Positions 38,690-50,416 of a stretch of DNA of 64,000 nt are shown here, one piece after another. The position numbers and the translations under genes are program-made. How positions within the stretch are numbered: position 1 is the first letter of the stretch; every line of letters starts with the position of its first letter. The notes beneath the pieces are model-generated. The model did not search any database, had not been told where the DNA came from, and saw nothing but the letters and a program-made list of their open reading frames with translations. The stretch lies in assembly GCF_006345805.1 (NCBI RefSeq), contig NC_043014.1, positions 496,001-560,000 on the forward strand. The letters run 5' to 3'. This stretch comes from Octopus sinensis (Eukaryota).

Positions 38690-39217
38690 GTAGAAAGTAT
38701 AGGTTTCAGAACATCGAGGAAGGAAAACAATTGTGCAAAATTGAAGCCAAAACATTCAAAATTATTGAAAGTGGGTAGAAATAAACACTATGTAGTATAG
38801 TAGGGTATCTGTAGAAAGTATAGGTTTCAGAACATCGAGGAAGGAAAACAATTGTGCAAAATTGAAGCCAAAACATTCAAAATTATTGAAAGTGGGTAGA
38901 AATAAACACTATGTAGTATAGTAGGGTATCTGTAGAAAGTATAGGTTTCAGAACATCGAGTAAGGAAAACAATTGTGCAAAATTGAAGCCAAAACATTCA
39001 AAATTATTGAAAGTGGGTAGAAATAAACACTATGTAGTATAGTAGGGTATCTGTAGAAAGTATAGGTTTCAGAACATCGAGGAAGGAAAACAATTGTGCA
39101 AAATTGAAGCCAAAACATTCAAAATTATTGAAAGTGGGTAGAAATAAACACTATGTAGTATAGTAGGGTATCTGTAGAAAGTATAGGTTTCAGAACATCG
39201 AGGAAGGAAAACAATTG
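38690..39217. repeat. 121-bp tandem repeat, about 4.4 near-identical copies
   Basis: Units start gtagaaagtataggtttcagaacatcgagg at 38690, 38811, 38932, 39053 and 39174; one substitution seen. Confidence 0.95.
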
Positions 39218-40996
39218 CATGAATGTGAATTAGGCATAAAAGGAAAAACAATGCAGAAAATTGTGAAAAGTATGAAGCATTTTGTTTTCAGATGAATGTG
39301 ATGCGAAACTGAGAAAAATTGTGCATATCAAGAGAGAGAATCATGTAAATGTATACGGGAACAGGTATCTATTCAGGTGAGTTCGAATAGTGATGTATTG
39401 CTTTGTGTATGAATTGTGCAGTATTTGCATGCCTGGATCAGCGTGCATGCGAGTGTGCATACACGAGCAATAGAGAGTGCAGCTGCAAAAGTGACTGAGT
39501 GCATTCTCAATCAATGACGTGAGGTAGAATTTTCTAGGTAGGTGTGCATGCTATGTGAAATACCTGAAAATAATTGCAGAGACAAAATGAGTCTCACCTG
39601 TGTCTGGGGGTATTTGCTGTGGTTAAGCAAGAACAGCAAAGCGTGGAATGTTGAGAGAGAAGCAAACGTTCTCTATGTACACTGTGATCAACCTGTGGTC
39701 TTACAGATGCAAGTTGTGTCTGAAAAGAAGGGTGCAGAGAGCACGATGAGCTATGCAGTGTGCACTGAGTCAGGCAAAGGAGTCGAGTCAGGCACAGATG
39801 TGATGAAACAAGGGAGTTAAAGCACAATATTGAGGTGCATGTATGTAACGGGATGCAGGCATGTGTGTTTGAATGTTGAATAATGCAGCAAAAATTCAAC
39901 ATTTGTAGCAGTGCAGTCGAAATACTTTGCTTCAGCGTCGCAACACATTAGCACTGCATTCCTCTGGCCTTTAGGAACTGGCAGTAGAAGAATATGATGT
40001 TGTCTGCCCAGAAGAACAGGTGCCAAAATTCAAGTTAGGAAAGTCAGGAGCTACCTAGAAGCTAGAAGGTTAACAAGCGATCCTCAACTGTCCAGCGACT
40101 TCGGTCACATGGAACGACACGCTAATTGGTTTCTTAAAAACTCACTTGGAAGCAAGTTATTGCATTTTCTCTTTCACACAATGCATGGATTTTGACTGCT
40201 CCTCAGTGAGTTGACTCTTTTCTCTGACAGACTCACTCCAGCAGATTGTTATTTCTATCATTGCACACAGGAGTAAATCATAATTACCTTTGTTTATTTG
40301 TTACACCATGTTACCCTCTCTTTAAATAAATCTGTGTTATGTTAACCCCCCCCCCGCCGCCCTCCAAAATGCCTTCTTCTGATCATCTCATTTCCACACA
40401 TTTACAAGATCCAGTAAAAGTGATATCAAATCAGTGGATGACATCAGGTAGCCAGAACAGTGAAAGTGCTTGAATTGTTATAATAGTAGCCATATACACA
40501 AAGTTCAAATGATTACTTGTGAGTGTGTGTGTGTGTGTGTCTGTATATATATCATCATCATTATCATCATCATCATTCAGTGTTTTAAATCTGGGTTTTG
40601 TCCCCATTAACAGGGGTGGCTGGATCTACCTCAATGCCATAGCAACTGACGTTGGCAGATGCAGCCCACCCCAACCTTTGGGCTGCCTGGTGCCCATTCC
40701 TTTTTGCTATCATGAGGCTCGTTAGGTTGTGTATTTTCTACAGGGAGCATGCTTACTCCCAACCTTAGTTTCTAGGCATCAGCGGTCCCAAGACCAAGGG
40801 CTCCACCATGATTTGTTTAGAAATGAGGTGGAAAGCTAGCTTAGGAAGACAGGTATGCTACACCCTGAACCCCTTTTTGAGCCCCTTCCTACATACATAT
40901 ATATATATATAGTTGAAATTTAAAGAAAAACAAGACGAAACAGGTGTATAACAACAAGCAGGTGTATTAGTTTGACACTCAGGAAGATGAGAAAGT

Positions 40997-41032
40997 CTTT
41001 TACGATTCGAACCTATGCTCTTCAACAGAAAG
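40997..41032 (-). ncRNA. decayed minimal hammerhead-like motif
   Basis: Minus strand: cttt-CTGTTGA-agagcataggttc-GAAT-cg-TA-aaag. Same layout as 60453 but with two core mutations. Confidence 0.4.
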
Positions 41033-41119
41033 GAATACGAGGAAATAAACAGAGAGAATAAAAAAACCTTGTGGAGTTAGCGGTCAATCATGGCGATATA
41101 TATATATATATAAAATTTA

Positions 41120-41310
41120 CATGCAGGTGGCACGTAAAAAGCACCCACTACACTCACGGAGTGGTTGGCGTTAGGACGGGCATTCAGCTGTAGAAACACT
41201 GCCAGATCAGACTGGAGCCTGGTGCAGCCTTCCGGCTTCCCAGATCCCCGGTCGAACCGTCCAACCCATGCTAGCATGGAGAACGGACGTTAAACGATGA
41301 TGATGATGAT
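41120..41310 (+). mobile_element. (GAT)n-tailed SINE/RTE-like 3' end
   Basis: ggtggcacgtaaaaagcacccactacactc...ggacgttaaacgatgatgatgat. Confidence 0.8.
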
Positions 41311-41904
41311 ATATATATATATATATTATATATATAATTATATATATATTATATATATATATATATCTATATAATATATATATATAATCTATATATATAT
41401 ATATATCTATATATCTATATATAATATATAATATATCTATATATATATATATTATATATATCTATATATCTATTATATCTATATATATATAATATAATAT
41501 ATATATATATATTATATATATATCTATATAATAATATATATAGTATATATTATCTATATATATATATATATATATATATTATCTATATTCTAATATATAT
41601 ATATATATATATATCATAATATATATATATATATATATGATATTATATATATATAATATATAATATATCTATATATATAATCTATATTATATATCTATAT
41701 ATATATCTATATATATATATCATATATATATATCTATATATATATATCTATATATATGTATAATATATATATATATCTATAATATTATATCTATATATGT
41801 ATCTATATATATATATCTATATATATATATCTATATATGTAATCTATATTATATATCGATCTATTATATATCTATATATTATATATATATATATATATAT
41901 CTAT

Positions 41905-41964
<60 letters not shown>

Positions 41965-42368
41965 TATATTCTCTATATATATATCTATATATATATATCT
42001 ATATATATATATCTATATATATATATCTATATATATATATCTATATATGTATATATATTATATATCTATATATATATATCTATATATGTATCTATATATA
42101 TATATCTATATATATATCTCTATATATGTATCTATATTATATATCTATATATATATCTATATATGTATCTATATATATATATCTATATATGTATATATAT
42201 ATATATATCTATATTATATATATATATTGTATTATCTATATATATATATATAATATATGTATCTATCATATATATATATATATATATATATCTATATATA
42301 TATATATATATTATATATATATAATTATATAATATATATATATATATATATCTATATCTATATATATA

Positions 42369-42449
<81 letters not shown>

Positions 42450-42582
42450 ATATATATCCATATATATCTATATATACCATACATATATATATATATATAT
42501 ACTATATATATATATATCATATATATATATATCTATATATCTATATATTCTTATATATCTATATATCTTATATATATATATA
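41311..42582. repeat. (TA)n/(TATC)n tract
   Basis: Direct reading. Confidence 0.95.
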
Positions 42583-44690
42583 TCTCCTTAAATCCTTAAA
42601 ATGTTTTAGCCCGAAGGCCGCGGCCATGCTGGGCACACCACCGCTGAATGAGCCACACTAGTTTGTGAAATCCACCTCTGATACGTGGCACTTGATCAAC
42701 AAGGAGTTCGATGCTGCTGCCGCATCCTGTCCCGTGAGGTAGGTTCATCTGGACTTCCAACAAGAAGAGATCCAGTTTAGTTTTAAAGAAACCCACATCC
42801 ACACCATGTAAGTCTCTCAGGCATTTAGGGAGGATGTTGAAAAGCTGTGGTCCTCTGAAACCCAAGCTGTTGCAGTATCTGGACCTGTATTTTGATGGTG
42901 ATGTTGGAATCCTTGGCACCACGCAGCGGCGCCCCGTTCTGCGGTTGGAGTAACTTTGAATGCCAAAGTTTGGGATAAGACCCTCCAGGATTTTCCAGAT
43001 GTATATTACTGCATATCTCTCCCGCCTCCGCTCCAGGGAGAAGAGTTTTAATACCTTCAGTCTTTCCCAGTAGCTGACATTTTGCATTGAGACGATTTTC
43101 TTTGTGTAGCTTCTCTGAGTTGCTTCAAGTTCTGCTGTTTTTTTTATATTGTGTGGTGACCAAAGTTGGGAGCAGTAGTCCAAGCGGCTGAGGACAAATG
43201 TTTTCCATAGGACCATCAGTGTCTCCTTCTCTCTTGTTCTGAAAGTTCGGAGAATCCATCCAGCTAGCCGTCTGCATTTTATCACCAGATTAGCAATATG
43301 CATTGGAAAGATGCATCATTGCTCATGTCAATGCCCAGGTCACGCACTGATTTTGACTCAGGGATTGCAATTCTTCCTGGGCCAGTGTATCCAGTCTTCA
43401 CGTCATTTACCTTTGTGTGCCAGTAGCGCAGGGCCTGGAACTTACCTGCATTAAACTGCATGTTGTTGTCCTCAGCCCACCTGTATATTGTGTCCAGCTC
43501 ATGTTGCAGATGCGCAATATTTTCAGGGTTCTGTATTGCGTGGGAGACCTTTGTGTCATCTGCATAGCTAGCAAGGGTGGTCATCGTAGCAACTGAAGGC
43601 ATGTCTGAAAGGGCCACTATGAACATCAGTGGCCCCAAGACAGTGCCCTGTGGGACACCGCTTGTTATTTGCGTTCCCTGGAGGTGGCTCCATTGCTCAC
43701 AACTGCCTGTTTTCTGTCTTTTAGGAAGTTGTGCAGCCACTCTCCAAGTTTCCCGCCTATGCCGAGACCACGCAGTTTATGACAGATCATACCATGGTCG
43801 ACTTTATCAAAGGCTTTTGCAAAGTCAAGATATATTACATCCACATTTGAGCCATTTAGTAGCTGTTTCAACACCCAGTCATAGTGCTGGCAGGAGCTGT
43901 GTTAGGCAGCCTCTACCTGGTCGAAATCCATGCTGGGTGTCAGACAGTAAGTCATTTTCTTCAAGGAACATGATTAGTTTCTTACGGACTATTCGTTCCA
44001 TGACTTTGCTGATGTGTGAGGTCAGAGAGATAGGCCTATAATTTTTAGCATCTGCTCTGCTACCTCCCTTATGGATAGGGCATATTACCCCCTCTTTCAG
44101 TTTGACTGGGAGCTTACCACTTGCAAGAAAGCTCTGAAAAAGAAGCTGTAGCGGTTTTGCAAGGGCTCGTTTGCACGATTTGAGAAGGATCGCTGGAAAT
44201 CCATCAGGTCCAGCAGCTGAGTTTGTGTCAATCTCATCAATGGCTAGTGTGATATCATCTTCTTCGATGTTGATGTACTCAATTTTTGTCTCTTTGGCCG
44301 CTGGTAAAGTGGCAAAGAATTCTTCTGGGTTGTTTACTTGCCTGTGTCCTAGAGGTGTTGTGAACACACTTTGGAACTGTTCGTTCAGTATTTCACTTAT
44401 CCTCGTGGGATTTCCTGTGAGAGAGCCATCTTTTTGGAAGAGAGGTCCTATTCTCTGGTGCACTGTGGCTGTCTCTTTGGCAAACTTAAAGAAAGCTTTA
44501 GGGTTTGATTTTATATTTTCTATTACCCAAGCTTCTTTATCTGCTCTCTCCTTTTCATGGGACTGATGTAGACTTTTCTCAGTTTCCATTAGCATTCTTT
44601 CGAGCCGAGACTTCTCACCACTTTTGGTGTGCTTGCTCAGGCGGTTTGCAATCCTTGTCCGTCGTCTCATAAGAATCCTCCTTTCTCTAG
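42583..44690 (-). mobile_element. 5'-truncated CR1-group LINE (RT and C-terminus), frameshifted
   Basis: SAAGPDGF, NYRPISLTS, QHGFRPGR, YLDFAKAFDKVDH, GVPQGTVLGP, YADDTK, LERRRERY; flanked on both sides by (TA)n tracts. Confidence 0.92.
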
Positions 44691-44691
44691 G

Positions 44692-45074
44692 ATATATATC
44701 TATACATATATATATATATATTATCTATATATATATATATATCTATATATATATATATATCTATATATATATATAATCTATATATATATCTATATATCTA
44801 TATATATATATATATCTATATATATATCTATATATATATAATATATCTATATATATATATCTATATATATATATCTATATATATATATCTATATATATAT
44901 ATCTATATATATATCTATATATATATATCTATATATATATATCTATATATATATATATATATATATATCTATATATATATATCTATATATGTATCTATAT
45001 ATATATATATCTATATTATATATCTATATGTATCTATATCTATATATCTATATATGTATATATATATATATATC

Positions 45075-45113
<39 letters not shown>

Positions 45114-45138
45114 CTATATATATATATATATATATGTA

Positions 45139-45173
<35 letters not shown>

Positions 45174-45243
45174 CTATATATATCTATATATATATATATC
45201 TATATATATTATATATATTATATATATATATATATCTATATAT

Positions 45244-45302
<59 letters not shown>

Positions 45303-45366
45303 TATTATTATATATATATATATATATAATATATATATATACACATATATATATATATATACATAC

Positions 45367-45398
<32 letters not shown>

Positions 45399-45454
45399 CT
45401 ATATATATATTATATCTATATATATATATACTATATAATATATATAATCTATAT

Positions 45455-45503
<49 letters not shown>

Positions 45504-45739
45504 ATATATACATATATATATATATATCTATATCTATATATCTATATATATAATATATCTATATATATATATATATCTATATATATATCTATATATATCT
45601 ATATATATATATATATCTATATATATATCTATATATATATATATATCTATATATATATATCTATATATATATATCTATATATATATCTATATATATTAAT
45701 ATATTATATATATATCTATATATTCTATATATATATATA
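44692..45739. repeat. (TA)n/(TATC)n tract
   Basis: Direct reading. Confidence 0.95.
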
Positions 45740-47430
45740 ATCACAAACCTACAGACTCACAACAATACCTCCTCTTTAGTTCATGCCACCCAAAACACAC
45801 CAAGACAAATATCCCTTTCAATTTAGCTAAAAGGTTATGCACCATTGTCTCGGATCCAAAAACACGAGAATACGCCTTCAAGACCTCAAAAAAACACTAT
45901 TACAACGTCAATACCCTCCACCCTTATTATAGAGTATGGAATAAAACGCGCCAAAGAACTAGACAACACTACACTGAAAACCACCCAACCTAACACCACA
46001 CACAACCTCAAAATACTTCCATACATTTCCACCCACAACCCCAAAAATATCGAAGCATACACCACAATCATACAAAACCTCAGTCTACTGTCAACAGACC
46101 CAAAAATGAAAAACATTATAAATACACACAAAATCCTCAAATGCAAAAGGCAACACAAATCTTTAAAAAACTCTTGACAAATGCCAAACTTCACACACCA
46201 CACATCCACCCCCAACAGTAAAAAAATGTGCACGCTCAACTGTGGTACCTGCCCCTTTCTACTTGAAGGCTCTGAATTTACCTTCTAACAAGGCACGAAG
46301 TTTAAAATCAGACTAACTTCTCCTGTTCCTCCGAGAACCTTATCTACGTGCTCACATGCGCTGGTTGCCAACATAATTGTGTTGGACAAACGAGTCTCCC
46401 GTTACGTAACGAGTAACGGTGCATAAAGAACAAATAAATCTCCTCCCGGAATACCGACAAATTCCACTGAGTGACCACATAGACTCATGTGCTAAAGACT
46501 TAAACCCCAAATTCTATATATTCCCCTTCTACCAATGTAAAGACGGATCACCACACACAGGAGAGAATTAACAAGGAGAATCTCTTTATTGAAAAATTCC
46601 AAACACAACTTAATATGCAAACTCCTCGTTGATCAAACTTCCTTTCTCTACCTCACTCTTCATGGATGGACTAACACAATATATAAAGATACCATGCATT
46701 CATCACTTCAAGCTAAAACTTATATTCTTTAAATATCATTTTTACTATTGTTGTTATTACTATCATTTTTATTATAAATGATATGACAATTTGAAATGCA
46801 ATTGTCTATGCAGATTTTATTATTAGAAAATAATATAAATAAAGTGTTAAAATCTGAAAGTTAAGTTAACAAGCAATTATATAAAAAAGATAATGCAAAT
46901 GAAGCTAAAATGATAGTTTTATAATTTGGGTTTTATTGAAGAACTCAAAAGAGTTGTCTCCCCTTACCCACAACACAGGAACTGAAGAACCAGGACCACA
47001 ATTACTTCTACTTCCTGTCCTGCAACATGCTGAATTTAACAACACAACACATCACATGCTCTTAATCCCTTTGGCTTAACACCTCAAGGTATTTTTTTGG
47101 TAAACAACCATAAAACTCAAGATACACAACGAACTCACAATGTATCGGAGAACTCATTTTTTAATTTTTGTACATTTTTATCATTATTCTTTTACAAAAA
47201 ACAATGCAATTTTCTTTTTTCCCCTTTCTAATTTTTAAAATAACTTCTTAAAACATAAATATTCTTGACAAGTCATACAATGACGAAAACCGGTTGAATA
47301 AATATATATTTATATATTTTATCATTTTCTCATTTTATTAAAATTTTCTTTCATTGAGCATTCTGCATTTAAAAAAAATTTTTCCTTACTTATCATTTCT
47401 CCACGTGCGGTCAACACAACCCCACCATTT
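45740..47430 (+). mobile_element. 5'-truncated Penelope-like element (RT thumb, Cys linker, GIY-YIG; Neptune-like) with 3' UTR
   Basis: HKPTDSQQYLLFSSCHPKHTKTNIPFNLAKRLCTI (PLE thumb); KKC...CGTCPFL; FSCSSENLIYVLTCAGCQHNCVGQT..PLR...VHKEQI (GIY-YIG-like); several frameshifts. Confidence 0.85.
47260..47300 (+). ncRNA. hammerhead ribozyme, U3-A8 variant, in PLE 3' UTR
   Basis: tattc-TTGACAA-gtca tacaa tgac-GAAA(A)-ccgg-TT-gaata. One extra A in the GAAA run. Confidence 0.6.
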
Positions 47431-47678
47431 ATTGATCTATATATATATATATATATATAATATATCTCTATATATATATATATATTATATATATAATATA
47501 TATATCTTATATATATATATATATCTATATATATATATATATATATCTATATATATATATATCTATATATATATATATATCTATATATATATATATCTAT
47601 ATATATATATATATCTCTATATATATATTATCTATATATATATCTATATATATATATATCTATATATATATATATATA

Positions 47679-47711
<33 letters not shown>

Positions 47712-48052
47712 ATATATATATATTATCTATATATATATCTATATATATATCTATATATATATATATATCTATATATATCTATATATATATCTATATATTA
47801 TATATATATAATATATTATATAATAGAAATATTAAAATAACTAAGTCTCTCTAAAAGAGAACAGCGGCAGCGTTCCCGGAAAATAATAGTTATCGCCATA
47901 CTAATATGGCATTCTTATAAAAATAAGAAAAAAGCTGTCCGCTTATTAGCTCCATGAGGCCATCGCCTTAAGTTAGCTATTTGATACACAAACTGTATCC
48001 ATATAACCTTCGAACAAGGGAGGTCAGTCGCTCCACACTACTTGACCGGCAG

Positions 48053-48092
48053 CTACAGACGCGTTTCGGGGTATTGCCCCTTTTCAATGCAG
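48053..48092 (-). ncRNA. minimal hammerhead ribozyme, U3-A8 variant (left arm)
   Basis: Reverse complement of 48159-48198. Confidence 0.75.
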
Positions 48093-48158
48093 GTAAAACT
48101 AGGTAAATAAAACCATCGAACAGAGATTGTCGGAAGCGACACCTACTGGCTGGCTACG

Positions 48159-48198
48159 CTGCATTGAAAAGGGGCAATACCCCGAAACGCGTCTGTAG
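48159..48198 (+). ncRNA. minimal hammerhead ribozyme, U3-A8 variant (right arm)
   Basis: ctgca-TTGAAAA-gggg caata cccc-GAAA-cgcg-TC-tgtag. GUC cleavage triplet, palindromic stem III. Confidence 0.75.
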
Positions 48199-48362
48199 CT
48201 GCCGGTCAAGTAGTGTGGAGCGACTGACCTCCCTTGTTCGAAGGTTATATGGATACAGTTTGTGTATCAAATAGCTAACTTAAGGCGATGGCCTCATGGA
48301 GCTAATAAGCGGACAGCTTTTTTCTTATTTTTATAAGAATGCCATATTAGTATGGCGATAAC

Positions 48363-48401
<39 letters not shown>

Positions 48402-48652
48402 TATATTATATATATATATATATATATAAAATGAGATAGGGGTTGAAAATTCAACCCCCATGATATGATATAATTACATATTATATTTTATATTTTATAT
48501 TTCTATTTCCTTGTCTAATTATATTTACAATATATTTTGTATAATGCCTTTACTGTTATGTAATGGTGTAATAAAGTATTGATTGGGTATCATCTGATGG
48601 TTGATGTTTGATTGATTTAAGTATGTTTCTCCATTTTGTAATTTTGTAGTAT

Positions 48653-48684
<32 letters not shown>

Positions 48685-48759
48685 CATACATACACCTCTG
48701 CCACTATCTGGCATATACAGGTGCTTACACTTATCAAGTATTCACCCTAAATTTACAGT

Positions 48760-49297
48760 ACCTACATATATATATACATATATATATATACATATATATA
48801 TATATACATATATATATACATATATATATACATATATATATATACATATATATACATATATATATACATATATATATATACATATATATACATATATATA
48901 TATATACACATATATATATATAACTATATATATATACACATATTATATTACACATATATATATACATACATATATATATACATATATATATATATACATT
49001 ATATATACATATATAATATATACATATATATTATACTATATAATATATATATAATATATATATACATATATATATATAACATATATATATATATACATAT
49101 ATATATATAATATACATATATATATACATATATATATAATATATATATATTATATAATACATATATATATATATAATATATATATATATACATATATATA
49201 TATAATACATATATAGTATATATATACATAATATATATAATACATATATATATATATATACAATATATATATATATATACATTATAATATATAATAC

Positions 49298-49332
<35 letters not shown>

Positions 49333-49361
49333 CATATATATTATATATACATATAATATAT

Positions 49362-49399
<38 letters not shown>

Positions 49400-49594
49400 C
49401 ATATATATATAATATATATATATATACATATATATATACAATATATATATATACATATATATATACATATATATATATATATCATATATATAATACATAT
49501 ATATATATATATAATATATATATATATACTATATATATATATATATACATATATATATACATATATATATACATATATATATATATATACATAC

Positions 49595-49662
<68 letters not shown>

Positions 49663-49665
49663 TAC

Positions 49666-49698
<33 letters not shown>

Positions 49699-49734
49699 AC
49701 ATATATATATTATATACATATATATATATATTAC

Positions 49735-49825
<91 letters not shown>

Positions 49826-49925
49826 ACATATATATATATATACATATATATATATAATATACATATATATATTATATACACATATATACCATATATATAT
49901 ATATATACAATATATATATATATCA

Positions 49926-50019
<94 letters not shown>

Positions 50020-50120
50020 TTATATATATATATACTAATATATATATACTATATATATATATACATATATATACTATATTATATATATATTATATATATA
50101 ATACATATATATATATATAT

Positions 50121-50163
<43 letters not shown>

Positions 50164-50204
50164 TATATTATATATATATATATATATATTATATAATTAT
50201 ATAT

Positions 50205-50261
<57 letters not shown>

Positions 50262-50362
50262 CATATATATATATATATTATATATATATATATATACATA
50301 TAATATATCTATAATACATATTATATATATATAGTATACTATATATATATACATATATATAC

Positions 50363-50393
<31 letters not shown>

Positions 50394-50416
50394 ATATATA
50401 TTATATATATATATAT
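48760..50416. repeat. (TA)n/(TACA)n tract, about 1.6 kb
   Basis: Direct reading. Confidence 0.95.

Larger units (their letters stand above)
47883..48368. repeat. apparently perfect 210-bp inverted repeat with 66-bp spacer
   Basis: Arms 47883-48092 and 48159-48368 read as exact reverse complements by eye; embedded between (TA)n tracts. Confidence 0.92.
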
